Made by a program: the position numbers and the translations under genes. 64,000 bases of DNA from Amphiscolops sp. MND2022. Its lineage: Eukaryota. The DNA lies in the NCBI GenBank assembly GCA_964187785.1, contig OZ076409.1, positions 4,094,001 through 4,158,000 of the forward strand. The letters run 5' to 3'. Of this stretch, positions 39,150 to 49,818 are shown piece by piece (positions within the stretch are counted from its first letter, which is position 1; every line of letters starts with the position of its first letter). Under the pieces are notes generated by a model. The model was not told the DNA's origin. It searched no databases and saw only the letters and a program-made list of their open reading frames with translations.

Positions 39150-40442
39150 ATGGAATCCTTGCCCGAAATTGATGTAGTTAACTCTAATCCCTCTGAATTG
39201 CTTGCATCCCCTTTGAATATAACTATTCAACAAAATGTTAACGAAGATAAAAACTCTTCCTCCAACTCTCAAGACCCTATAAAAAATATTCCTATTGAAC
39301 AAGTAGATCATGTTAACACAAGATCTCAAAAAAGAAAGTACCCAGATAAAACCGCAGATAAAACTTTTATGGAATCTGGCGCTTGCCCTCCTTTCCTAAA
39401 ACCAATTAAACAAGATGAAGATAGAGATTGTGAATTAGTTCCTATTCTCTCGTCAAAACAATTCACCTTTCAATCTCAGTTAACTTGGTTATACATGATT
39501 CCAACAAAATACAAATTCATCATCAGAGAATTTAAAAATGATTATCATACATCAATTGCTTCAAAATTGATTACCCCATATGATTGGTGGTTAAACAATA
39601 AAGTGAAAATTTTCTCACTTCAATACAACTTCCTCAGACCTACTCCATATGATCTTCGAACAGAAGAAAATGATGCAAATTTTTTGCCATACCAAATCAA
39701 AAAGGCCCACCATATGACTTATCAAAAGTTTCTTCAATATAAAGAGCCCGATAATTATATATTCTTCAACTCCAAATATACATCGCCATTCACTTTCAAC
39801 TCAGAATATTTAATAGATCATACCAAAACAAAAGGAAAACTTCGAAACTATGACCCGCTGAAACAAAGTTTTCTCTTTCTTCCAAATGATAACCCAAAAA
39901 GACCAATCATTTTACCACAAGAATACCTCATTCTAAACGACGATTCGTTACTACAAGAAGATATACCTCAACATATATCTGATCCTCTTCCTCCACTTCA
40001 ACATATAGCCTCTCAACCTTTGGGAGACTGTGAAAAGTCTTATTTTCACGCAATGATCAAAAAGGGATATTCAAATAATGAATTAATTTTCATTATTTCT
40101 CACCTGCTTTCACTTCTTACAAATGGAAATCACAAAGAATATAAAAAGGCAAAACAAGAATCGCCTGAGAAAACCAAAAATGATATTCCTCAACCACAAA
40201 GTTTTCGCCCAACAGATGAATTACAGGAATATACAGAAATCCTGAATATCATAAAACCGTATCATCATCCAAACCGAGATATTCTTATAACAATCGCTGA
40301 AATCGTAAATACCCTTGAACAAGCCCGAAGCATAATACAAAATATCGTATTTGATACGACAAGAATTAGCCAATCAGCTTTGTGCATTCGCACATCCTTA
40401 GACGAATTCAACTACACTATTGAAAAAATGCATCGATCTTAA
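39150..40442 (+). CDS. Accessory ORF4, 430 aa, unknown function, conserved in element 3
   Basis: Intact ORF; blocks QLTxLYMxPT, TSIASK, VKIFSLQxNFLRP, KYTSPFT, LRNYDP and PQEYLI are shared with 60841-62253. Confidence 0.85.
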   Translation: MESLPEIDVVNSNPSELLASPLNITIQQNVNEDKNSSSNSQDPIKNIPIEQVDHVNTRSQKRKYPDKTADKTFMESGACPPFLKPIKQDEDRDCELVPILSSKQFTFQSQLTWLYMIPTKYKFIIREFKNDYHTSIASKLITPYDWWLNNKVKIFSLQYNFLRPTPYDLRTEENDANFLPYQIKKAHHMTYQKFLQYKEPDNYIFFNSKYTSPFTFNSEYLIDHTKTKGKLRNYDPLKQSFLFLPNDNPKRPIILPQEYLILNDDSLLQEDIPQHISDPLPPLQHIASQPLGDCEKSYFHAMIKKGYSNNELIFIISHLLSLLTNGNHKEYKKAKQESPEKTKNDIPQPQSFRPTDELQEYTEILNIIKPYHHPNRDILITIAEIVNTLEQARSIIQNIVFDTTRISQSALCIRTSLDEFNYTIEKMHRS

Positions 40443-40960
40443 CTGGTAATTATGGGATAATAGCTTTAAAGTTGTTAACACTTATCACTTAATCTCTTAA
40501 CAACCTGTCAAAATTAATTGAGTCTACACGCATATGCCTGCTATGCATGATTATAATACATGCTTGATGTTAAAATACACTTTTAAAATGAAATAACATA
40601 AAAATTTCAATCACGACATAAAAATTTTCAACGAAATTTCTCAATTGCTCCTCCTTTTAATGGACCGATTTCAACAAATAAGTACTTATATGAATTATAT
40701 TTATATACCCTTCAAAAGACTTCCAAAATACAACAACTTAATTCTTAAAATTAAAAAGTTATAACATCACAAAAGTCAATAAAAAAATGTCAACTACGAT
40801 ATTCTATTTTAAAAGGAACTTTTAAACAAACTAATCTATTTTAGGTGAATATCGTCACAACTGCTTCTTCAGCATTCCTTCCTCCTCTCAGGCCACCCAT
40901 TCAAGAAGAATTCCACAGTATCTTCTACAGTTTTCAACGAAATTTTCTCATTTCTTCAAT

Positions 40961-41437
40961 ATGACAACTATTCACTCTGGCGACATTGACTGCCCGATAG
41001 CTCCAATTCTTTCAACCTCTTCAGCTCGATTGCGATCCTTGATACTGAAAAAGCATTTAACGACATTAAATGCGCAGCTTCGAACAGACAAAAAGGCACA
41101 CCCACATCTTACAAGGATGATATTGCTTAATATGTTCCAAATATTCCAAATAACAAGAATAAATTTCGACCAATATCTCCATATTCATAAACATCCCGAC
41201 ACTTATTCAACTCAAAAGGATGCCACTACCCAAACAGAACATACTACCATCAAACCCAAACGTTTAGTACGAACTCTATCCAATAGAATGCGTTCCGAAA
41301 TGGAAAAACAACGTCTAAATTCTTATTGGCCCTCAGATGACAATGATGACACTGACGAAGACCTTCAAAAAGATCCTCCAGAAGCACTTTTAGACGATAA
41401 CTATCCGCACAAAACATATACTTACGTTTCCTTCTAA
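40961..41437 (+). CDS. Accessory ORF5, 158 aa, unknown function
   Basis: ATG-initiated ORF with an acidic tail; its N-terminus resembles the ORF at the same position in element 3. Confidence 0.6.
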   Translation: MTTIHSGDIDCPIAPILSTSSARLRSLILKKHLTTLNAQLRTDKKAHPHLTRMILLNMFQIFQITRINFDQYLHIHKHPDTYSTQKDATTQTEHTTIKPKRLVRTLSNRMRSEMEKQRLNSYWPSDDNDDTDEDLQKDPPEALLDDNYPHKTYTYVSF

Positions 41438-42491
41438 TATCAACAGACGCCACCAACAGCACCCGTCTACTCCGATCTTCGAATTCCACAGATTAAACGA
41501 GAAACAGATCAGCACCCATCTTCAACTTCATAGCCGCCCAACAGTTGCCCATCTTCATTCATCTGCTGACCCTTCTTCATCCATCTTCCAATCTTCAATC
41601 GTCACCCACATGCTCACCCAAAGATGATCGATAATTAATAATAAAGAAAACTCAAAGAAAAAACATTGTGCATGATAACATTTCGAAAAAGTTTCAAACT
41701 CATCTAATATTTAAAAGAATTCAAACTTTTACCGAAATTATTCATTATGTAGTTATTATTTCAAATTTCATCCCCACCCACATTTATTTGCCCAAAATCT
41801 TTTACTCACACCCGTACCGATATTTATTTGCTTTCTTTTTAAAGAATAATTAGTAATAATTATTATTTTTCGGTGCTATCCTACCCAACAAAAAATTCAC
41901 AAATATTATCAACAAATCTTTTCAAATTTCAACAAAACCAGCTCAAAATCAGATCAAGCACATTGTTCAGATCAAATTCGAATAATGACAGACCCAAATT
42001 CTCAAAGTTTTCAACATTTGTTACATAACAAACCCGCCAAAGTTAATTACAACCTGAAATCTTTTCAAACGAATTTCACGTTCGATAAAAATTATTTCTC
42101 AACAATATTATTTCAATAACTCTTTGACCTCTAACTCGTATGATGTTTGCTCACGTTTGTTCAATGCGAAGTTCATTCAAAACTTCAACAGAAGCATAAA
42201 ATTGAGCATCTACCAGTTCAAAAAACAAGCCGACGAAAGCATAGTGAAAAAGAACACTTTGACGCTTTTGAACTGTAGTCGCACCTACGAGGTGTCAATC
42301 AAAATTTTGACAATTCGAGGTACACCAATGAGTCGAACTTACACCACTTTTCACGAGACTTATGCCAATCATCCATCTAATGAAAAATGTTAACTAGCTG
42401 AAACGCTAAGAACATTTAAACAAAAAATTTTTTCTTCATTTCAATTAATGATGCTACTTTAAAATTTTATTTTATTTAAAACCGGGATGGA

Positions 42492-42760
42492 TGTACTGAC
42501 CTACATTAATAACCAATAGTATTTAGATGTTTATTGAATGTTCTAGAATGTACATTTATTTGTTATTGAATGATTGTAAATCTCTACTCTTTCAGAGAGA
42601 GGAAACTAATAATCAGTATTCAGTTGACTTCCTTTTAGTTCTGCTCCTAACACCTCGAACTAGTAGTAATAAAGTAAGCTAGCTAGCCTGTCTCTCAGCC
42701 GCTTTTAGTAGTTGCGTATAAGACCATCCAAAGCAATAACCAACCATTAAAAGCAGCACA
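42492..42760 (+). repeat. 3' LTR of element 2
   Basis: Copy of 24023-24291, preceded by AAAACCGGGATGGA and followed by TAAA. Confidence 0.96.
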
Positions 42761-42764
42761 TAAA

Positions 42765-45700
42765 TATATGCATATTGGATTTTAGTCTGAGTCAGGAGTA
42801 GTTTCGTGGAAATGTGATGTGAAAAAATATGATGGAAAGTTTTTCAATAAAATTTCACAGCATAAAACTTTCACAGCATAAAATAGTGTGAAAGTTAAGC
42901 AAATGCGAGTCTGGTTTGTATATTGTTGAGATTTAGTGTGTAAAATTGTATGAGATGGGAGTTACTGTCAATATAAGTGTTGAAATTGTTTATGATGTGT
43001 TGAAAAAGGCACTGGCTTTAAAGAAAAGAATTACAATTGGAAATTTTTGTTTTTTTTTCATCAAGTCATAGACGTTAGAAAGCACGGGGTCGTTTTGGGC
43101 TGGTAAAAAACTTTGAAAGGTTAAAAGTGTGTTGGAAGGTAAGCAACAGTTGAAAAGTGCTGCAATGAGCAAAAAAGATGGAACAAAAAATGGTGAGAAG
43201 TCTTCATGAACTTTTTCTATTGAAAGATCTGGTTTTAGTTAGGTGACATCAAAATGGTTGTGGTGTTTTATGTTTTAATTCAAAGGATTTAATCGTGATT
43301 GTAGAGGAATGGAGAAATGTAGACGCAAGTCAGCAACGGCTAAGTTGGATCCAGCGGTATGTACAAATCTGAGGTTTGAGAATTTGGTTATTAACATTTG
43401 AGCTTATATATTTTGTCTGTCTGTGAGGTTACCATTTATTGGATTTTCGTTAGTAAAAGGCCTTATTGGGACTTTTGACCCAATAAATAGAAATTCATAT
43501 GTTGTGAGATCAAGGATAAAAGCACAGCGTTCTCGGTCAAATTTTAAAATATTTTGTTCTTGAGTATTTAAATCACGAGATGTACAAAAAACTAACATTT
43601 GTTTATGGAATTAGGTCGTAATCAAATTTCGGCCAAAACAATTAGGGAGGCGTCTACTGTGCGGTAGAACAGGTGAGACGTATTGAAGATGGCAAGCTCT
43701 ACATTTTTTTGCAAAACGTTTCAACCTCATTGAAGAGTTTCGGCCATATCTGGAGCCCATTCAAGAGAGATATTATCATGAGGAAGGGTATAAAAAAGTG
43801 ATATTTTGAGTTTGATATTAAATGTGGTGCTGGATTCTATTGAACCAACAAATCACATTGCTTTAATTTTCGAAGTGGGAGTTTTTGATTGATGAATACC
43901 AAATACTTTAGGTTGCATGGGTTTATTAGTGTTATTTTGAATTGCACGTCCAAAGAAACTAACAGTGTGGATGATAAAAATGATTTTCCGAAAGCAACTG
44001 TAAACGTATAAGTATTGGTTTAGTGAAATATGAGTACACTAGTTGGTGTAAATGTTCAATAGGGCAATCATGTGAGGTTTAGTGTGAGCTAGAAGCAGTA
44101 CGTCATCAATTTGGACGAGCGCGAAGCCTTCATCAATAGGTTTCTTTAATAATGAGTACATTTGTTTTTTGAAAAATTGCTCCTCCCAAATCATAAAAAC
44201 CTCGAGTAAATGCAGGGGGATTATCATGAGATGAAAAGTGTGTGAGAGTTATTGTTCCTTCATCAAGCGGAACATGTGCAAAAGCGTACATGAGGCCAAT
44301 GGCGGTTCAGAGTTTTTTGTTACCTCGGGTCAGTTGAGGGGCTAAAGATTCTATTCGTGAAGATTCAAAAAATTGATCAGCTTTAGAAAGTAGGTGACTA
44401 TCCTCTCAATCATTTGAATAGTATCTCTTTTGGAAATACAATTGAGAAGACTTAAAAATACAGTTCCATGAGAGAGAATGAGAGCTTTTTTTTCGAATTA
44501 TCTTATGATGTTCAGGTTCATCAAGAAGTTTTTGAAAATTTCTCTCGGTACTGATTAAGATCTTCAGTGGGTTGTTGACGTTGGAGTTTCAAATTAGAAT
44601 TGAGACGGATTGTAAAAGGGGTAGCTAGATTGCAAAACAAGATTGCGATGGCATAGCTGTTTTGATCTTCACCAAGTATGAAGCAAGGTTGAAATTATTT
44701 ATCATTTGGGAAATCAGAAAACCAAAAACTAAGTTTGTAGCGGAGTTTTTGAGTTTCAAGCGAATAAGGAAGGGAAAGTTTTTTGTAAGGAACTCCCTAC
44801 AAAAACGACGAGTAGGGAGTTCAGGATCAAAACGATTTTCATATATTGAATGGAAAAATGAGAGATCTAAAGAATTTACATCGTTAATTGGTTACTGGGG
44901 GTTTTAATATACTTGTCAGGTACTTCGATATATTCAATCCAGCCTGGCGGAAACATGCGTCATTTTTGATTCATCACTGAACAATTGTGTTGCTAAATTT
45001 GAAGGAAATAAAACATAGAATTCAGGCGTGTATTAAAATTGTGTATGGAATTGCCGGCAAGACTGTTTCGTTTTCTGATCAGTGGAATGATAATGGTGAT
45101 GTAGGTTAAACATGAAAGTAAATAACTAGCGCTCGGTTTAGAGTAATGTTTTTAGTGAAATCGTTTTCTCTTTTTGCAATGAGTGAAAGAATAATGGCGT
45201 TTGATTCATGAGGTTTGTTAAAAGTTATGATCATATTTATAATTTAAGGCATTAACAGATTTTTGTTCACGTAACGGACTGCCAAGGAATAGACTTTTAG
45301 TATCTGCTACTAAGAAGGGCACAATTAACGTTCGAGTGTTTCGAAGTTGTTTAGTTAGTGATAAAATCGAAGTTAGTAAAAAGAAAAAAGGCAAAATGGT
45401 AAAACTGTATGAGGTGAAGAGAAATATTGTCACAAGATTTCCGGTGAGAAACATTGGAGAAATACAAACCTAATATTTTTTGGGCGTTGAAATCAAGAAT
45501 GAAATTGTCGGCTACAAGTTCAATGAGTGCAAAAGTTTCAAAAAGGTACAAATTATCATTAGCATACAAAGAAGATCATTATTCGGGGGCGTTAATTAAA
45601 ATCGGAACTGTATTGCACAGACTGAAATGTCGAGGTGAAGAATTTTGGTTAGTGCAGAGGAACGGATGTACCGACAAAGATGTCGAATCACTTGCTTGTT

Positions 45701-46100
45701 GATTAATAAAGAAAAGGATGATGTGTACCGACAACGAAGTCCATCAACTTTTTTATAGTTAGTACACAAATGATTTTTTTCACGGATAATTATTATCGAC
45801 CAAATATGTTTTAGTCCACTTGGGGGGGGGGTGGAGTCCACTTGGCCGCACCAGAGAAAGTATTTGTGTTTTGTTCGATAGTTTTTAATATCTTAGATTA
45901 CGATTGAACGGGGGGCAAGTGTATTTTAAGGAGACACTAACAGAGCTGCAGTAATAGGTCTAAGAACAACTGGAGACGAAGAGACGAAGATTTTCTTTGC
46001 CGTTCTTGTGGTGGTATAAAACAGAATTCCTTTACAATTCAATAATAGAATGTATTAGGTGATCAATACGACGTAGAGTGAATTATTATTGTGAGACGGG
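42765..46100 (-). mobile_element. Heavily decayed pol (degenerate PR, RT, RNase H) of a relative of element 2, with leader and junction array but no visible gag
   Basis: Fragments PFLVADTKSLFLGSP, PPGWIEYIEVP, INDVNSL, MYAFAHVPLDE, ALVQIDDVLLLA, LNTQEQ..DRE and AQNDPVLSNVY are colinear with element 2 pol. Confidence 0.8.
45612..45770 (-). ncRNA. Second copy of the three-way-junction array (about three degraded units)
   Basis: The minus strand reads e.g. AATCA-acaagcaag-TGATT-CGAC-atcttt-GTCG-GTACA. Confidence 0.6.
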
Positions 46101-46422
46101 TACGTTGGTGTCTAGACAAATATATGGGTGTAGTGAGACGTTTATATCATCAGGCGAAGGACGATGGTTATATAAACCGTTTGAGTTTGAAACAAGTTGT
46201 CGTTGTTGAGAATGTCAAAACACTCAAGGGATATCCTGTTTTGAAAAACATGAAAAAGTCGCGAAGTAACGAATAACAAGCCGGGACCGGCATACTTCGG
46301 CGCCATATCTAAGGTTCAAAAATAGCAAAAGGACTTCAAAGTGTCAAGTATTCTTTTACAGTACCTAAAAAACCCAAAACTTGGAGCGAATTGGAGCGCT
46401 GGTGCTCGCTAAAAGGGGGACT

Positions 46423-46861
46423 TGAGCTGTTAAAGCTGTTGGATGTATATCTTTAATTCTTTTACTGAACACATAAGAAGTTCTTTTAAGTCTTAACAGG
46501 AATACCGTCTAGAAAACTATCTTCATTTCACTGAACTGAGTAAGACTAAGTTAAACTGAGATCTCAGAATTCCTTTTTCTTCCTAAATGAGAGTACTTGT
46601 CAGATCACAACATTCGAGTTACTCTGAGTATATAGTTTCAGTTAGTACATCAATCAGTATTCATATTAGATAGAATTAAAATCATTACAAGATGAGAATG
46701 ATGGGATTACATCTATAATGAAATCATTCGAAATGTTATCATCTCAATAATGAAGTTTTAACTTCTAAGTATAATGGCATCTGTCATGCTAGTTGGTCAG
46801 GGAGTTTAATTATACTTTTACAAATATTAGGATTCTTGATGTCATGCATCATGACGTCACA
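46423..46861 (-). mobile_element. Solo LTR related to the element 3 LTR
   Basis: TGAGCTGTTAAA...CATGCATCATGACGTCACA flanked by a GACT duplication (46419-46422 and 46862-46865); both ends match 49406-49818. Confidence 0.85.
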
Positions 46862-46865
46862 GACT

Positions 46866-47280
46866 CTTTCGGAGTTTTCAGCATCGATTGTTGCGAAATA
46901 TCAGAAAATTTCAGGGGGACGCTTCGGGAATTTTTTTTTTCGAAAAAAGTGTCAAAATGGCAGAAATAATTAAAAGGGGGACCTTTTGGGATTTTTTAAC
47001 AACCATTCTGTCGCCAAACATAAAAAAAATGAAGGAGGACCCTTTGAGGATTTTTTTGAAAAATAAACAAAAAGAGGGGATGCTTTAGTCTCGCTTGTTA
47101 CTGTATGTTACGCGAAAAAAAGGAAATATTTTCTTCAGTTCGCTAGGCCAAATGATCCATTTTGGCCCCATCAAAATTCGTAGAAATTTGTAGAACTATT
47201 TTGGTTAGTTCGTATGGAATGGAAAAAAAGAATCGCTATGATAGTCGTGTTTCACTTCATGAAGCGCTGACTTAAAACCA
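46866..47280. repeat. Low-complexity dispersed repeat with AAAGGGGGACCCTTT-type units, interrupted by the solo LTR
   Basis: Recurrent aggggg(g)ac..ttt(g)ggattttt units at about 46412, 46913, 46973 and 47032. Confidence 0.55.
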
Positions 47281-47818
47281 TAAAAGGTGAACACTTGTCC
47301 TTGAAAGATGTTCTACACTGCTCAAATTGTCAAGACAAATTCGAAGATGAGTCTTTTGCTCGTTTGTAGGTGATATGAAAGTGAGGTACAATTGAACGCA
47401 GGAACCTTTTAGCCGATGTTAGTGCACTCCTAGGCAAGAAAACTGTATAAAGTGAACTTTTCGGAGAGGCAATTTTTAGCTTTCAAATAAAACCAAACTT
47501 AGCCCTGAAAGAGTCGAACATTTTTCTTACATATTACGCCGACTACAAAGACCTCGCTTCGGTCAAGGCGTGTGAAGAATCAACTGTCGTTTAGTCCTGA
47601 ACTACACCAGCTCCCAAAGTATTCCTGGTCACTTTGATGATTTTTTATACAAAAGTTCGTATTTCAAAATGAAAAGGAATTGTCAAGTGAAGCTTCAAAA
47701 GAGTTTAGGTTCCATTTTCTTAAACCCCAGTCTTGAGTGTATCGCTTCTGTTCTAGTACACAGTACCAATCTAGAATTCTCCTATTTTCATAAAAAATGC
47801 ATTAAAATTACTTCTCAC

Positions 47819-48034
47819 CCGTGCCAAAAACAACAATTTCGCTAGGAAGTATTTGTAGGTTTGGAATTGTAGCGACAACCTCGTTCACTGAAAAGTATTC
47901 ACCGCTGTTGCATTGAAAATTGATCATTGAAAATGTTTCAGAAGAAGCGCTTGCAAGATCTCGTGAGCCACAAGAGAAACAGTTTGACGTGTGACTGTCA
48001 CATATATCAGCAACCACAAATCCCGAAAGTGAGC
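47819..48034 (-). CDS. Candidate host exon paralogous to 21844-22047 (C-half of an F5/8-like domain)
   Basis: ttttccAG acceptor, GTGAGA donor, 216 nt, phase 1-1; DIC..SNCFSCG..C..G...NEV..SEIVVFG parallels DVC..QCLPCG..C.GG..NEV..CEVEIIG. Confidence 0.5.
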
Positions 48035-49405
48035 CTGGAAAAATATTGGAAAACACCTGCTTCACAGTTTTCTATATAGATTTTCTTACTTCTGGAAGTA
48101 ACTCTTGCTGAAACTTCTCAAATTTAAAGTTTTTCATAATACTATCCTACACAAGATACCACCAATAGAATATTCAGCACATATCTTACTGCATGACGGT
48201 TGGTTGCAACGTTAAAGCTGAAAACAGCTGGTGGTAGCAGGTGAAATGGTACAGTAGGGGTAAAACGTTGCCACAAGTTGTTGTTGCGTTTTTTGCAAGG
48301 TGTTGCAACAAATTATAAATCTATCTAAGGCGTCGAGGAGTGGTTTGAAACACGCAATGTGGTCTCAAAGGTAAAGACAACACTGACTAGGATCCCCTGA
48401 GGCCGGTTTTCAACAGGGTAGGATTCCCCCACGAAGCCGAGTTTGCAACGGGGTAGAATTCGTCCTAAATGACATCTGAAGCTGTTCGTTTTGGTTAAGA
48501 TTTTATTCAGCGGACATTCTTACCATTTGCTTGAATCCCTCGAATGTTTGCCAGAACTAACCTTGAAACTTTGGTGCAAGTGAAAGGAACAAGCTGTACA
48601 GAACTTGCCAAACGTGGTATCAACGATTGAAACGTATTATTCCTTATTTGCAACGGTGGTTAGCTAAGAGGAATGTTAATATTACCATCTATGTTTGCGA
48701 GAGTTCTTGGGTAAGTGGAGAGCTCTCTTTGACTGAAATGCTGCTGGTTCTGAAATTTGCTTCAATTCCTAATTATTTCCTTTCAAACTTTGGAGAAGTC
48801 TAAAGTTTCATGTTTCAACACAACGGTGTAATCTCTTTGCTTCACATTAATTGAATTTGGTATTTTTTATACTGAAACATTTTCGCTGAAAGGAAGCCCT
48901 TGCCAACATTTACCAGTTTTTGGTTGAATATGATTTTACTTTAAAATATTGAGGTTACGAAGTATAAACTTCGCTATTTTTTGAGAAAAGAAGAATTCGG
49001 CAAAATCTTGCTTCAAATATCGTAGCTCAATTTAATGAATAATTTTTCAAATGTCTGTTTAAAACAGGAAATTTTGAAAGGAAACGTGACCTATTTTGAA
49101 TCAACTGTTACATCAATCAATAAAGAAACGTTAGATTTTTTATCAAACCAAAAATAAACAAAGAAATACAAAAATTGTATTATCTTCAAAATTGTATCAT
49201 TAATTTCTTCACTCAAAGGCGTTCCATGGGGTGTCGTTACATTGTAAAAAAGTGTTACTGACCTGCACAACCAATTCCTCATTGAAAATGAGCAATTTCG
49301 AAATTTTAGCGACACTTTTGGTCAATGGGGTGCATCTTCACCTAAGTTTTTTAGATCTTTTGAAAACATTGCAGGAAAGCTTCCCAAGACGATTCATCTG
49401 TGGTC

Positions 49406-49818
49406 TGAGCTGTTAAAAAGGGTGGTGGTTGTTTCTTTTAGATGTTTTATTACGGACATAAGAAGTCTAAGATTTTAACAGCGGGGTCGTCTTACTTTAT
49501 GCCTTGTAGCTAGCTAGTTCTAAGTACAATCTATTTCTGAGATCGCAGTTCTTGAAGTGCTAGAGAGAAGACTGATCGTCAGAATGAATTCTCAATTTCT
49601 CCGAGTAGATATATTCTATTAACTAGGGTAGGTTTCATCAATTAACAATGTGACAGCAACAGGATGAATCTAAGAAGCTTGTTACAGGATATATTAGATG
49701 AAGTTTCTTCTAGAATAATTAGCTTTCAAATGAGATTACATTTACTAATTACTTTGGTTAGGAGATCAGAGTATTTCAGATTTATAGAATCTTTGAGGAC
49801 ATGCATCATGGCATCACA
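49406..49818 (-). repeat. 3' LTR of element 3
   Basis: Minus strand TGTGATGCCATGATGCATG...TTTAACAGCTCA; boundaries set by homology with the TSD-flanked solo LTR. Confidence 0.75.

Larger units (their letters stand above)
24023..42760 (+). mobile_element. Full-length 18,738-bp env-bearing Ty3/Gypsy LTR element (element 2)
   Basis: 269-bp TG..CA LTRs, TAAA target-site duplication (24019-24022 and 42761-42764), TGG-initiated PBS, purine tract before the 3' LTR, gag-PR-RT-RH-IN, env and extra ORFs. Confidence 0.96.

Noticed and set aside
48550..48790. Additional lectin-domain exon (ANIDGN)
   Set aside because: No consistent open frame between plausible splice sites.
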